Of a stretch of DNA of 64,000 nt, positions 52,631-63,045 are shown piece after piece. The notes beneath the pieces are model-generated. The model saw only the letters and a program-made list of their open reading frames with translations. It did no database searches and was not told where the DNA came from. Made by a program: the position numbers and the translations under genes. Source of the stretch: Hungateiclostridiaceae bacterium UBA1305 (GTDB lineage Bacteria; Bacillota; Clostridia; Acetivibrionales; DTU013). Where the stretch lies: NCBI GenBank assembly GCA_002307275.1, contig DBTX01000021.1:8432-72431 (forward strand). Direction: 5' to 3'. How positions within the stretch are numbered: the first letter of the stretch is position 1; each line of letters starts with the position of its first letter.

Positions 52631-54835
52631 TCAGGAAAATTTTTTTAGCTTAACAGAGAGTCCCGAATTTCTTAATGTTTCCCTTTGATTTTCGACCATG
52701 CTTTGTAAAGAGGCTTCCTCTCCAACCAGCACTACCATCTTTTTTGCCCTTGTCACGGCAGTATACAGCAAATTCCTGGTCATAAGAACCTGCGGACCCG
52801 GGAAGATCGGAATAACAACTACAGGGAATTCCGAACCCTGACTTTTGTGTATGGTCACTGCAAACGCCGGTTCAATTTCATCGAGTATGCTAAAATCGTA
52901 TTCTACCAGCCTCTCATCATCGAAAAGCACTTCCATTGTCTGAGCTTCTTCATTTATTTTACTGATCATGCCTACATCTCCGTTGAATACGCCCGTTCCA
53001 TCCATCAGCTTGTTCCCCGGCTTCTCCCACCTGAGGGAATAATTATTCCGGACCTGCATGACCTTGTCTCCTTCCCTGAAAATATAGTCTCTGGAAACCT
53101 TTTCGGCTTTGTTCCGATCAGCCGGGTTGAGTACCTTTTGCAATTCCAGGTTCAGATTAATAACTCCCGCCGGACTTTTTTTCGTTGGAGAAAGTACCTG
53201 AATGTCTTTCATCGGTTCAAAGCCATAGGTCTCCGGAAGCCTCCGGCTGCAAAGATCAACCAAAGTACGGGTGATTGAATCCAACCCATTCCGTGCAACA
53301 AAGAAAAAGTCCTTGTCCCGTGCATTCAGGACCGGCACTTCGCCTCTATTGATCCTGTGTGCATTGACAATTATCATGCTCTCGCCCGCCTGCCTGAATA
53401 TCTCGGTCAGCCTGACAGTCTTTATCATATTGCAGCCGATAATATCCTCAAGGACACACCCAGCGCCGACGGAAGGCAGTTGATCGGCATCTCCGGCAAG
53501 AATCAGCCGTGAACCTGCCGCAACCGCTTTAAGCAGATGATTCATCAAAAGGATATCCACCATCGACATTTCATCAATAATGATCACATCCGCTTCAATC
53601 GGATTTGTATCATTACGGAGGAACAACAACTCCTTATCATCCCCGGCATAGCCTATTTCCAGCAGGCGATGGATCGTACGCGCTTCAAATCCGGTAGCCT
53701 CCGACATTCTTTTGGCAGCGCGTCCTGTCGGCGCGGCAAGCGTGACCTGATGCCCGTCACCGACAAGGAGCCTGATGATACTCTTGATTATGGTAGTCTT
53801 TCCGGTTCCCGGCCCGCCGGTTATTACAAGTACTCCACTGGTCATGGCTTCGCGTATTGCCATCCGCTGCATCTCCGCCAGCTCTATACCTTCTTCTCTC
53901 TGAAATCTCTCAAGCTTGTCCTCGAAATCATCCAGCGCCAGATTGAATTGTGTCTGGGAAAGCTCCAGCAGCCTTTTACATACACTTTGTTCCGCGTTGT
54001 GAAAGGAGGCTAAATAAATATGGTTCGAGTCTTCACCTTTCTCAGTCACAATAGCCTTATCAAATATCAGTGTTATCAAGGCATCTTCAATGTCCAGCGC
54101 TTCCGTGTCCAACAGGCTTGCGGCATTCTCCCTGAGAACGTTCTCCTGCATATAGGTGTGCCCGTTTGAAGCCGCATTTGATAGAAGGTACTTTATTCCG
54201 CTTTTAATACGAAATCTGGAAGCCGGGTCAATTCCAAGCTTCATTGCAATTCTATCAGCTGTCTTGAAGCCTATGCCGAAAACATCTTCACACAGTCTGT
54301 AAGGATTTTCCCTTAAGATTGCTACTGCATTTTCTGCATAAGCCTTGTAAATCTTTATACAAATCGACGGAGATACTCCATATTCCTGCAGAAATATGAC
54401 AACATCCTGAAGGCCCTTTTGCTCATTTAGTGCCTGTCCTATCGCTGAAGCCTTTTCTAGGCTAATCCCTTTTATTTCCGACAATCTCAGTGGATTGGCA
54501 TTGATAATTTCCAATGTCGCAACACCGAATTTTCCCGTAATTTTTGCTGCTGTAGCCGGGCCAACGCCTTTTACTATTCCGGAGGCAAGGTATTTTTCAA
54601 TAGCATCGACAGTCCTTGGCATAACTTTTTCATATAACTCCACCTTAAACTGTTCCCCGTAATCAGGATGGCTTACCCACTTGCCACTGGCCTTTATCGT
54701 TTCGCCCATATTGATAAATGGCATATATCCGACTGCAGTGACACTGTCATTGCCGCACCGTACGTCGCAGACAGTATAACCGTTCGCTTCATTTGTGTAT
54801 ATAATGTCCTCGACTGTACCCTCTATTTCAATCAA
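52631..54835 (-). CDS. recD2: RecD2-type SF1B ATP-dependent DNA helicase
   Basis: 734-aa ORF. VITGGPGTGKTT (Walker A), IIIDEMSMVD (Walker B), AGDADQLPSVGAG and AVTIHKSQGSEF are present, with N-terminal HhH-like repeats. Confidence 0.9.
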   Translation of the reverse strand: MIEIEGTVEDIIYTNEANGYTVCDVRCGNDSVTAVGYMPFINMGETIKASGKWVSHPDYGEQFKVELYEKVMPRTVDAIEKYLASGIVKGVGPATAAKITGKFGVATLEIINANPLRLSEIKGISLEKASAIGQALNEQKGLQDVVIFLQEYGVSPSICIKIYKAYAENAVAILRENPYRLCEDVFGIGFKTADRIAMKLGIDPASRFRIKSGIKYLLSNAASNGHTYMQENVLRENAASLLDTEALDIEDALITLIFDKAIVTEKGEDSNHIYLASFHNAEQSVCKRLLELSQTQFNLALDDFEDKLERFQREEGIELAEMQRMAIREAMTSGVLVITGGPGTGKTTIIKSIIRLLVGDGHQVTLAAPTGRAAKRMSEATGFEARTIHRLLEIGYAGDDKELLFLRNDTNPIEADVIIIDEMSMVDILLMNHLLKAVAAGSRLILAGDADQLPSVGAGCVLEDIIGCNMIKTVRLTEIFRQAGESMIIVNAHRINRGEVPVLNARDKDFFFVARNGLDSITRTLVDLCSRRLPETYGFEPMKDIQVLSPTKKSPAGVINLNLELQKVLNPADRNKAEKVSRDYIFREGDKVMQVRNNYSLRWEKPGNKLMDGTGVFNGDVGMISKINEEAQTMEVLFDDERLVEYDFSILDEIEPAFAVTIHKSQGSEFPVVVIPIFPGPQVLMTRNLLYTAVTRAKKMVVLVGEEASLQSMVENQRETLRNSGLSVKLKKFS

Positions 54836-54903
54836 TGTATATCTCTCCGTCGTATGACTTTCTTCGCAGTAGAATTAAAACATTTTAACATCTTTAGTAT
54901 ATA

Positions 54904-55407
54904 TTATTTTGGAGAGTGTGAAAAGATAGTGAAATCTTCAAAAATGTGCTCCCTATCCTCAAACTTCAATACCTCTACATTTGAAAAATCTTTTTGCAGC
55001 TTTTCCAGCAGCAGGAAAGTATTATCAGAGGAATCCATATCAATGATGACCAGACTATTGTCCGACATAACCCTGGATGCGAAATCATTCTTAACAGCAG
55101 TTCTGACAATATATTCGATCTGCTCCTCCGCATCCCTGACAAGCAGTATCATACGCACACCAGAACGCATGGGCAAGTAGTTGACACAGTCAACGACCAG
55201 ACCAGGGCGCATTGGCGAGCAGTTGATACCGTCAACGACCAGCCTAGGAGGTTTTCCCGGACTCCTTCCGAAAAAATGCACCGCAACTGTGCGTCCAAGG
55301 ATAAACAGGCCGTATATAGCCAAAAGACAACCGACCAGCTTGAAAAGTATGTAAATCAAACTCGACCCTCCTTGTAAAATTACTGAGAATATTATATTAT
55401 TCATCAC
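54904..55407 (-). CDS. Hypothetical membrane-anchored protein with an internal 14-aa duplication
   Basis: 167-aa ORF with an N-terminal TM pair (IIFSVILQGG...LVGCLLAIYGLFILG). No family was recognised. Confidence 0.6.
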   Translation of the reverse strand: MMNNIIFSVILQGGSSLIYILFKLVGCLLAIYGLFILGRTVAVHFFGRSPGKPPRLVVDGINCSPMRPGLVVDCVNYLPMRSGVRMILLVRDAEEQIEYIVRTAVKNDFASRVMSDNSLVIIDMDSSDNTFLLLEKLQKDFSNVEVLKFEDREHIFEDFTIFSHSPK

Positions 55408-55507
55408 TTGGGTTTTTGCTACAGATTATTCAAAAATATCGCGATATATGCCGAAGGTACTATTGTATTTAATATACATACTGAAATCAAGATTATCGAA
55501 ATTTTAT

Positions 55508-55550
55508 CAAAAAAATAAGGGCCGGTAAATGACGACGATTCTCACCCGCC
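55508..55550 (-). terminator. Possible metK terminator
   Basis: The minus strand reads GGCGGGT...(17-nt loop)...ACCGGCC, a 7-bp stem with 1 mismatch, followed by CTTATTTTTTTG. Confidence 0.45.
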
Positions 55551-55570
55551 ATATACCAGTTCCTCATTTT

Positions 55571-55730
55571 GAATTGCCATAACTTACTGTTTCCTGCTAT
55601 TGCTTACCTTTGCCTGCTATTGCTTACCTTTGCCTGCTATTGCTTACCATCACTTGCCATATTTTGCCATTGTCTGTCATTGCTCGCCTTATATTCCCAT
55701 GTCATACCATTGCCTGCCATTTCTTACATT
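55571..55730. repeat. About 16 units with strict 10-bp periodicity (including 3 copies of a 20-bp unit) between the metK stop and its putative terminator
   Basis: In the printed 10-mers: gaattgccat aacttactgt ttcctgctat tgcttacctt tgcctgctat tgcttacctt tgcctgctat tgcttaccat cacttgccat attttgccat tgtctgtcat tgctcgcctt atattcccat gtcataccat tgcctgccat ttcttacatt. The metK stop is the complement of 55724-55726. Confidence 0.85.
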
Positions 55731-56917
55731 CCCTTTGCAGCGTTCTTCAATATTTCAGCCTTGTCGGTGCGTTCCCATGAAAGATCCGTGTCAGTTCTTC
55801 CAAAGTGTCCGTATGCCGCGGTTTGCTTGTATATCGGTCTTCTGAGGTCCAGTTCCTTAATGATGCCTGCCGGTCTGAGGTCAAAATATTTCTGTACGAG
55901 CTTTATCAGCTTTTCTTCAGGCAGCGTACCTGTACCGTAGGTGTCAACAAGTATTGAAACCGGGCTTGCAACACCGATAGCATATGCAAGCTGCACTTCA
56001 CATTTTTTGGCAAGCCCTGCAGCAACCAGGTTTTTGGCAACATATCTTGCAGCATAGGCAGCAGAACGGTCCACCTTGGTCGGGTCCTTGCCTGAGAAAG
56101 CTCCGCCGCCATGTCTCGCGTAACCGCCATACGTATCTACGATAATTTTCCTGCCTGTAAGCCCGGAGTCACCCTGTGGTCCGCCTACTACAAACCTGCC
56201 TGTCGGGTTAATCAGGAACCTTGTGTTTTTATCCAGGAGTCCTGCTGGAATGATCGGCTTAATGACAAGTTCGATCGCATCCCTTTCAATTGTCTCGTGA
56301 GAAACTTCCGGACTGTGCTGTGTGGATATGACAACCGTATCAACCCTCACAGGTTTGTCCCCGTCGTACTCAACAGTGACCTGCGATTTTCCGTCCGGCC
56401 TCAGGTAGTCCAGCGTACCGTCCTTACGAATCTCGGAAAGCTTTTTGACAAGCTTGTGCGCCAGCGATATCGGCATTGGCATCAATTCCGGTGTTTCATC
56501 ACAGGCAAAGCCGAACATCATTCCCTGGTCTCCGGCTCCGATGTCAGCAATCTGAGAATCCGACATGTCGCCGTTCTTTGCTTCAAGAGCCTTGTCAACG
56601 CCCATTGCGATATCCGCAGACTGTTCGTCTATTGAAGTGATTACAGCACAGGTATCCGCGTCAAACCCATATTTTGCCCTGTCGTACCCGATTTCCCTTA
56701 TCGTATTTCTTACGACCTTTGGAATATCAACATAACATTTGGTGGATATCTCGCCCATAACAAGAACCAATCCAGTTGTAACCGCTGTTTCACACGCGAC
56801 TCTTGCATTGGGGTCTTCTGCAAATATTGCGTCCAGGACTGCATCGGATATCTGATCGCACATCTTATCCGGATGCCCCTCTGTTACTGATTCTGAAGTA
56901 AATAATCTCTTTGCCAT
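55724..56917 (-). CDS. metK: S-adenosylmethionine synthetase
   Basis: The start [25 protein letters not shown] follows [21 protein letters not shown] and [19 protein letters not shown] are MetK signatures. Confidence 0.95.
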   Translation of the reverse strand: MAKRLFTSESVTEGHPDKMCDQISDAVLDAIFAEDPNARVACETAVTTGLVLVMGEISTKCYVDIPKVVRNTIREIGYDRAKYGFDADTCAVITSIDEQSADIAMGVDKALEAKNGDMSDSQIADIGAGDQGMMFGFACDETPELMPMPISLAHKLVKKLSEIRKDGTLDYLRPDGKSQVTVEYDGDKPVRVDTVVISTQHSPEVSHETIERDAIELVIKPIIPAGLLDKNTRFLINPTGRFVVGGPQGDSGLTGRKIIVDTYGGYARHGGGAFSGKDPTKVDRSAAYAARYVAKNLVAAGLAKKCEVQLAYAIGVASPVSILVDTYGTGTLPEEKLIKLVQKYFDLRPAGIIKELDLRRPIYKQTAAYGHFGRTDTDLSWERTDKAEILKNAAKGM

Positions 56918-56951
56918 TATAAGTTCTCCTTTCATTTTCTCCAAGCTTATT

Positions 56952-56988
56952 AAAAAACTAAAGCCTCTTCCTGATAAAGAAGAGGCTT
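56952..56988 (-). terminator. Riboswitch expression-platform terminator
   Basis: A perfect 10-bp stem joins aagcctcttc (56961-56970) and gaagaggctt (56979-56988). The minus strand continues with TAGTTTTTTA. Confidence 0.9.
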
Positions 56989-56998
56989 ATACACATGT

Positions 56999-57100
56999 CT
57001 TCCTCATCTTTCAGGATGTTACTCCTGCAGGAATTGGCACCGCACCATAGGCCGGTTGCCGGGTTTCATAGGGCTCAGTCCCTCCACCACTCTTGATAAG
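56999..57100 (-). promoter_or_regulatory. SAM-I (S-box) riboswitch aptamer controlling metK
   Basis: The minus strand reads CTTATCAAGAGTGGTGGAGGGACTGAGCCCTATGAAACCCGGCAACCGGCC...GGTGCCAATTCCTGCAGG...GAAAGATGAGGAAG. This matches the S-box consensus blocks. Confidence 0.92.
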
Positions 57101-57221
57101 TATCTATTCAATTTTTATTACTTACCGGTAGCCAAAATAAAATTTTGCAAACCGGCATATTTAAATTAACATAAATTATAAACTGCGTCAAGTATCATTT
57201 GACATCTCTGAAACAAAAACG

Positions 57222-59036
57222 TCAAACTCCTGAAAACAACATTTCAAACTCGGCGCCCTCAAGTTTCTCTTTCTCCAGCAGTGCATCAGCGATTTTGTGC
57301 AGTATAGTGATGTTTTCCTTCAATATCACTATTGTTTTGTCGTATGCAATATCTATAAGGTTTTTGACTTCCTTGTCAATTTGCGCGGCGACTTCCTCGC
57401 TATAGCTTCTGGCATGGCCGAAATCACGCCCGATAAATATCTCATCGTTTTCATCAAAAACCATATTCCCGAGCTTATCGCTCATGCCGAACTTGGTAAT
57501 CATGCTTCTTGCCACACTGTTCGCATGTTTAAGGTCACTTGACGCTCCCGTACTGATTTCCCCAAGCACGATATCCTCCGCAGCCCTTCCACCCATGGAA
57601 ATGATAATCTCCTCCATGAGTTGTGCCTTGGTATGATAGGTTTTGTCTTCATCAGGTTTATGCGCCGTATAACCTCCGGCTCTACCGGACGGAATGATGG
57701 AAACCCTGTCAACCTTGTCGGTTGTGGATGCAACCTTTACTGCAATCGCATGACCGGCTTCATGATAGGCAGTAAGCTTCTTTTCCTTATCGCTCATAAC
57801 CCTGCTCTTCTTTTCCGGTCCGATAACTACTTTAAAAGTGGCTTCCTTTATATCATCCATGTCTATACGTTTTTTATTTTTGCGTGCGGCCAGCAATGCA
57901 GCCTCATTCAGGAGATTTTCAAGATCTGCGCCAGTAAAGCCCGGCGTACTCTTGGCCAGTTCCTCAAGCCTGACATCCGAGCCAAGCGGTTTGCCCTTTG
58001 AATGTACTTTCAATATCTGCTCGCGTCCCTTGATATCCGGCAGTCCGACATATACCCTCCTGTCAAAACGGCCAGGTCTCAGCAGTGCAGGATCAAGGAT
58101 GTCAGGCCTATTGGTCGCTGCGAGAATGATTACGCCCTCATTTGCGCCAAAGCCGTCCATTTCTACAAGCAGCTGATTCAGCGTCTGCTCACGTTCATCA
58201 TGCCCGCCGCCCATGCCTGCGCCTCTGTGACGTCCCACTGCATCAATTTCATCTATAAAAACAATACATGGAGCACTCTTTTTTGCTTGTTCAAATAAAT
58301 CCCTGACCCTCGATGCACCGACACCCACGAACATCTCAACGAAGTCAGAACCGCTTATACTGTAAAACGGTACGCCGGCCTCGCCTGAAACCGCCTTCGC
58401 CAGCAATGTCTTACCGGTTCCGGGAGGTCCTACAAGTAAAACGCCCTTTGGTATCCTTGCACCAAGTTCTATGAATTTTTTGGGGGATTTCAGGAATTCT
58501 ACGATTTCCTTCAATTCCTCCTTCTCTTCATCCGCACCTGCAACATCTTCGAATGTCACCTTTTTCTTATCGTCCGTACTCATCTTGGCACGGCTTTTAC
58601 CGAAGGACATGACTCTGTTTCCTCCGCCGCCCTGAGACTGCTGAAGAAAAAATACCCAGAATATTACAAAAACCGCAATCAGGCCTACCGTAGGCAGTAT
58701 CGCAACCCACCAGGGTGCTGACGGCGGTCTTTCGACCCTGAATTCCTTCAACTGCTTGCTGTTATATGCCTGCGTCATCATCTCAGTAAACGTATCTGTA
58801 GATGATATATAAACGACATACTCGTTGTTTTTTGATCCCTGCCTTGCATTGATCAGCTTTACTGTTGCCTCATCGCCTTTTAAAACGACGCTGTCGACAT
58901 TACTGCTCTGCAATTGCGATAACATTTCTGTATAGCTTAATTGTGCCGGACTCCCTGAAGTTGTAGCAACCGTCAGTATAAATAGCACAATCACAATCAG
59001 TACTATATAAAAACTCAACCCTTTAAAGTATTTCAA
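57222..59036 (-). CDS. ftsH: ATP-dependent zinc metalloprotease FtsH
   Basis: 604-aa [21 protein letters not shown] (Walker A), IVFIDEIDA, the SRH region and the HEAGHA zinc site are present. The TTG start follows GGGAGGGAG. Confidence 0.95.
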   Translation of the reverse strand: MKYFKGLSFYIVLIVIVLFILTVATTSGSPAQLSYTEMLSQLQSSNVDSVVLKGDEATVKLINARQGSKNNEYVVYISSTDTFTEMMTQAYNSKQLKEFRVERPPSAPWWVAILPTVGLIAVFVIFWVFFLQQSQGGGGNRVMSFGKSRAKMSTDDKKKVTFEDVAGADEEKEELKEIVEFLKSPKKFIELGARIPKGVLLVGPPGTGKTLLAKAVSGEAGVPFYSISGSDFVEMFVGVGASRVRDLFEQAKKSAPCIVFIDEIDAVGRHRGAGMGGGHDEREQTLNQLLVEMDGFGANEGVIILAATNRPDILDPALLRPGRFDRRVYVGLPDIKGREQILKVHSKGKPLGSDVRLEELAKSTPGFTGADLENLLNEAALLAARKNKKRIDMDDIKEATFKVVIGPEKKSRVMSDKEKKLTAYHEAGHAIAVKVASTTDKVDRVSIIPSGRAGGYTAHKPDEDKTYHTKAQLMEEIIISMGGRAAEDIVLGEISTGASSDLKHANSVARSMITKFGMSDKLGNMVFDENDEIFIGRDFGHARSYSEEVAAQIDKEVKNLIDIAYDKTIVILKENITILHKIADALLEKEKLEGAEFEMLFSGV

Positions 59037-59176
59037 AAATCTCCCTCCCGGCCATTACAATGAAACCTTCCAGCAATTATTATATTATATTAACATAAAC
59101 CATTTTAAAACACAATAAACGCAATCTATTTTAACTATATACCACAAACACTGAAAATTTGTCTGAAAACATGTAG

Positions 59177-59719
59177 CTATTTTGAATAAATTTCTTTTTT
59201 CAACGTGCACACCTCGGGAAGATTGCGGTATTTCCCATCATAATCCAAGCCATAGCCGACGATGAATTTATCAGGCACTACAATGCCTCCATATTCAATC
59301 TTAATATCTATCTTCCTTCTGGATGGCTTGTCAAAAGCAGTGCATATCTTTACGCTCTTTGGGCCCCTGGTATTAAAGAGATCCTTAAGGTGTTTGAGCG
59401 TAAGGCCCGTATCAACAAGATCCTCTACAATCAATACGTGCTTGTCTGCCACACTCAGATCCATATCCTTAATAATACGCACTACGCCGGATGACTGGGT
59501 CGAGGCACCATAACTTGAAACAGCGATCAGATCCATATCCACAGGTATCGTTATCTCTCTCATCAAATCCGCCAAAAAAACAAATCCGCCCTTCAAAACA
59601 CCTACAAGTACCAGTTCAGTTCCTTCGTAATCCTTTGAAATTCGCTTTCCCAGCTGTGCAACCATCTCTTTTATCTGTTCGCGGCTGACAAGTACTTCCT
59701 CAATATCCCCCATCATCAT
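59177..59719 (-). CDS. hpt: Hypoxanthine phosphoribosyltransferase
   Basis: 180-aa ORF. VLIVEDLVDTGLTL is the PRPP motif and FIVGYGLDYDGKYRNLP is Hpt-typical. The gene lies between tilS and ftsH, as in many Firmicutes. Confidence 0.9.
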   Translation of the reverse strand: MMMGDIEEVLVSREQIKEMVAQLGKRISKDYEGTELVLVGVLKGGFVFLADLMREITIPVDMDLIAVSSYGASTQSSGVVRIIKDMDLSVADKHVLIVEDLVDTGLTLKHLKDLFNTRGPKSVKICTAFDKPSRRKIDIKIEYGGIVVPDKFIVGYGLDYDGKYRNLPEVCTLKKEIYSK

Positions 59720-61239
59720 AAAGTCCTCCGGTTGTATTCCATTTTAAGAACACTTTTAGTATTTTCAGTTACTTTAAATTTATCACTAATTTTGTTCCCG
59801 ATTACCCAGACGATCTCATTGTCAATACAAATTAGAGGAATTTCATCTCTGCGTTCCCTTGGTATCTTTGTATCAATGAAATATTCCTTCAGCTTTTTTG
59901 TGCCATTCGACTTAAAAGGCTTAAAAATATCTCTATTCCGCCTATTTCTAATATTTATTCCCCTCTTGAGACAGTCGTAATCAAAGAATTGCACGAGAGA
60001 ATTATATCCTATCTTTCCATAGTAATCAATATGATTGAAATTTTCAATTGAAGTATTCAAAAAGGCCTGCAATTCTGGTATTTCCGTAGTTCCCGGTACA
60101 ATAAGAGCAATGTCGAATCCGGCAGTTTTTTTTTGCTTTGCAGCTTCCTTTCCTCCTGAAGAGTTGTTTTCAACATATATCTCCAGTTCGCCATATGTAA
60201 CACAAGCCCTCAGGCTATGAGGCAGCTCTGCCCTGGCTCCTGTTCTGCCATTCGCAGCCAGGTTCTTCAGCATATTATAATGTACACTTCCTATACCCGT
60301 ACTACTTCCTGCAATATCGCAAACCGCCATCTTCAGCACTCTGCCGAGTATGGCAGGGTGAAGCTCCCCCAGCCGGTCCAGTTTCAGGCTCACACGTTTG
60401 TCCGGCCCGGTGTCTGCTGGCTGTCTGTCTGGCTGACTGGCTGACTGGTCTGCTGCCTGGCCGGCTTTCCTGCCGCTAAGACATGTTTGATACGCCAGAT
60501 TTGCACATTGATCCAGATAGCCATTGTCCTGCGCCGCATGGGCAGATAATCTGTAAAGGCTTTCAACCACATCGGTCCCGAAGCTTTTATCAATGTATGG
60601 AAACAGCTCGAGCCGCACTCTGTTCCGTGTAAAATCACTCTTGAGGTTGGAACTGTCGATTCTGGGCGATAACCCTGAAGCCTTGCAGTATTGCTCGATT
60701 TCTTCTCTGGCGATATTCAGCAGAGGCCTTATTACAGCACCCCGCCTGTAGTCCATTCCGGCAAGTCCGGCGATCCCGCTGCCTCTGATTAGATGCATCA
60801 TGACAGTTTCGGCCTGATCATTGCGATTATGCGCCACTGCTATCCTGGCAGCCCCAACGTTCCGTGCGTATGCATCAAATTCATGATAGCGGGCTTCTCT
60901 GCCGGCTTCCTCAATAGACATTCCGAGCCTTTCAGCCATTTGTACAATATCAGTCCTCACGATAAATAGCGATACGTTCAATTCTTCACACAGCGCCGAT
61001 GTATATTCCTCGTCCGCCTGTGCTTCCTCAGCCCTGAGCATATGGTTGATGTGGACTGCATGCAGTTCAATTCCGAGCGTATTTGAAAGAGAATGAAGAA
61101 CATGAAGAAGGCAGACCGAATCCGGTCCCCCGGACACACCGATAACCACCGTATCGCCCTGCTCTATGAGGTGGTTTATTTTGATCGTGCCAAATACTCT
61201 CTGCTGAAATTCACTGCTATAATTACTTACTATATTCAT
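59716..61239 (-). CDS. tilS: tRNA(Ile)-lysidine synthetase
   Basis: 507-aa ORF. VVIGVSGGPDSVCLLHVL is the PP-loop SGGxDS motif. The C-terminal TilS substrate domain is KIPRERRDEIPLI. A low-complexity insert lies at about residues 256-282. Confidence 0.85.
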   Translation of the reverse strand: MNIVSNYSSEFQQRVFGTIKINHLIEQGDTVVIGVSGGPDSVCLLHVLHSLSNTLGIELHAVHINHMLRAEEAQADEEYTSALCEELNVSLFIVRTDIVQMAERLGMSIEEAGREARYHEFDAYARNVGAARIAVAHNRNDQAETVMMHLIRGSGIAGLAGMDYRRGAVIRPLLNIAREEIEQYCKASGLSPRIDSSNLKSDFTRNRVRLELFPYIDKSFGTDVVESLYRLSAHAAQDNGYLDQCANLAYQTCLSGRKAGQAADQSASQPDRQPADTGPDKRVSLKLDRLGELHPAILGRVLKMAVCDIAGSSTGIGSVHYNMLKNLAANGRTGARAELPHSLRACVTYGELEIYVENNSSGGKEAAKQKKTAGFDIALIVPGTTEIPELQAFLNTSIENFNHIDYYGKIGYNSLVQFFDYDCLKRGINIRNRRNRDIFKPFKSNGTKKLKEYFIDTKIPRERRDEIPLICIDNEIVWVIGNKISDKFKVTENTKSVLKMEYNRRTL

Positions 61240-62566
61240 CCCTCTTCAAATTTGCGAATTTTGTATATTCGCCAAACCATCTGAGCTCAATAGTTCCAGT
61301 AGAACCATTTCTGTGCTTGGCTATGATAACTTCCGCAATATTTTTCTTTTCCGTATCAGGGTTGTAATAATCATCCCTGTACAGGAACATGACGATATCC
61401 GCATCCTGCTCAATAGCGCCCGACTCCCTAAGATCGCTGAGCATCGGCCTGTGGTCCGTTCTTTGTTCCGGGCCACGGCTGAGCTGAGACATGGTAACGA
61501 CCGGGACATTGAGTTCCTTTGCCAGTATTTTCAGCGAGCGGGAGATTTCCGATACCTCCTGCTGCCTGTTTTCTATTTTTCCCCTGCCCTGCATCAGCTG
61601 CAGGTAATCGATCACTACAAGTCCGAGATTCTTCTCCATCTTGAGCCTGCGGCACTTTGCCCTGATGTCCATGACGTTGATACCAGCTGTATCATCTATA
61701 TAAATAGGCGCTTCGGACAACGGTGCCAACGCTTGTGCAATCTTTTTCCAATCATCGTCCTCCAGCTTGCCGGTTCTCATTTTCTGACTGTCCACCATCA
61801 CTTCGCTGCAGAGCATTCTGTTTACCAATTGGTCCTTGGACATCTCCAGGTTAAAAATTGCCACGGGCACATGTTTCTGAACTGCAGCATACTGGGCAAT
61901 ATTCAGCGCCATGGCGGTTTTGCCCATACCGGGCCGGGCAGCAATGAGGACAAGGTCAGAATTTTGCAGACCAGCTGTTTTAAAGTCCAGATCGTTAAAA
62001 CCAGTCGGTATTCCAGTAATAAAGCCCTTGCTGTTATAGAGCTCCTCCAGACGGCTGAAGGTCTCAAGCAGGATGTCCTTGATGTGCGTAAACCCCTGGG
62101 TGCTTCTCTTCTGGAGGATGTCAAAGATGCTCTTCTCAGCCCTATCCAGCACGAATGCCGCTTCCTCGGAAGCATCATAACTCATACCCGAAATGTCCGA
62201 AGCTGCCTTAATGAGCCTCCTGAGCAACGCCTTCTCTTCCACAATTTTTGCATAATGCCTGGCATTGGCTGTGGTAGGTACGGCACCGGTTATACTGGCA
62301 AGATAGTCGAGACCGCCGATATTGTCCAGCATACCCCGAAGCTGCAGTTGTTCGGAAACAGTAATGATATCGACCGGTCCAGCCTTTTCGGTGATGTCAA
62401 TAATTGCTTCACATATTTCCCTATGGTCGTCTCTGTAAAAATCTTCACTCTTGATAAGCTCTGTGACTGTTGGAATGACATCCGCATCCAGCAGCATACA
62501 ACCAAGAACAGCCTGCTCCGCCTCTATATTGTGTGGAGGTATTCTCCCGATGGCACTGATATCCAC
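61223..62566 (-). CDS. dnaB: Replicative DNA helicase (DnaB family; DnaC in B. subtilis nomenclature)
   Basis: 447-aa ORF. PPHNIEAEQAVLG, ARPGMGKTA (Walker A), VVIDYLQLM and IAKHRNG are present. Confidence 0.95.
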   Translation of the reverse strand: MDISAIGRIPPHNIEAEQAVLGCMLLDADVIPTVTELIKSEDFYRDDHREICEAIIDITEKAGPVDIITVSEQLQLRGMLDNIGGLDYLASITGAVPTTANARHYAKIVEEKALLRRLIKAASDISGMSYDASEEAAFVLDRAEKSIFDILQKRSTQGFTHIKDILLETFSRLEELYNSKGFITGIPTGFNDLDFKTAGLQNSDLVLIAARPGMGKTAMALNIAQYAAVQKHVPVAIFNLEMSKDQLVNRMLCSEVMVDSQKMRTGKLEDDDWKKIAQALAPLSEAPIYIDDTAGINVMDIRAKCRRLKMEKNLGLVVIDYLQLMQGRGKIENRQQEVSEISRSLKILAKELNVPVVTMSQLSRGPEQRTDHRPMLSDLRESGAIEQDADIVMFLYRDDYYNPDTEKKNIAEVIIAKHRNGSTGTIELRWFGEYTKFANLKRDEYSK

Positions 62567-62588
62567 GATTTAGACTCCCTCCGACGGT

Positions 62589-63035
62589 TTACTCATGAAT
62601 CGTCTTTACTGTCAGTTTAGCGCTGACTTCCGGGTAAAGCTTGACCTCTACCTCGATAGACCCCAGTGATTTGATCGTATCTGGAAGAACGATTTTCTTT
62701 TTATCTATGTCAAGATTAAAGTCGGCCTTCAGCTTGTCGGAAATATCCTTACTGGTTATTGAACCAAACAGTTTCCCGTTTTCGCCCGCTTTGGATTTGA
62801 TGACCACTGTTGTTTGTCCTACCTTTGCGGCAAGTTCCCGCGCTTGTGCAAGTTCCCGGTCTTTCTTGGATTTCTCGGCTTCCTTCTTTGTATTCATTAC
62901 ATTTATATTACTTGCACTTGCTTCAGCTGCAAGTCCTCTGGGGAAAAGAAAGTTCCTGGCGTAACCGTCGCTGACATTCACCATATCTTCCTTTTTACCC
63001 AATCCCTTTACTTCCTGCTTCAAAATTACTTTCAT
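62589..63035 (-). CDS. rplI: 50S ribosomal protein L9
   Basis: 148-aa ORF. MKVILKQEVKGLGKKEDMVNVSDGYARNFLFPRGLA is the L9 N-domain. Confidence 0.95.
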   Translation of the reverse strand: MKVILKQEVKGLGKKEDMVNVSDGYARNFLFPRGLAAEASASNINVMNTKKEAEKSKKDRELAQARELAAKVGQTTVVIKSKAGENGKLFGSITSKDISDKLKADFNLDIDKKKIVLPDTIKSLGSIEVEVKLYPEVSAKLTVKTIHE

Positions 63036-63045
63036 GCTGACCTCC

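Noticed and set aside
55569-55940. 123-aa and 81-aa plus-strand ORFs over the metK 3' region
   Set aside because: They are driven by the 10-bp periodic repeat, whose period is not a multiple of 3. They then run antisense into metK.
57120-57235. Possible single echo of the ftsH 3' end (ttgttttcaggagtttgac versus tttgtttcagagatgtcaa)
   Set aside because: There is only one degenerate copy. It is too short and too weak to distinguish from chance without statistics.
60394-60474. Low-complexity insert in TilS (AGQAADQSASQPDRQPADTGPDKR) encoded by ctggctgac-type short repeats
   Set aside because: It is probably a benign linker expansion between TilS domains, with no further structure seen.
61313-62620. 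435-aa plus-strand ORF opposite dnaB
   Set aside because: It is a shadow ORF of a highly conserved gene. No recognisable motifs or start context were seen.
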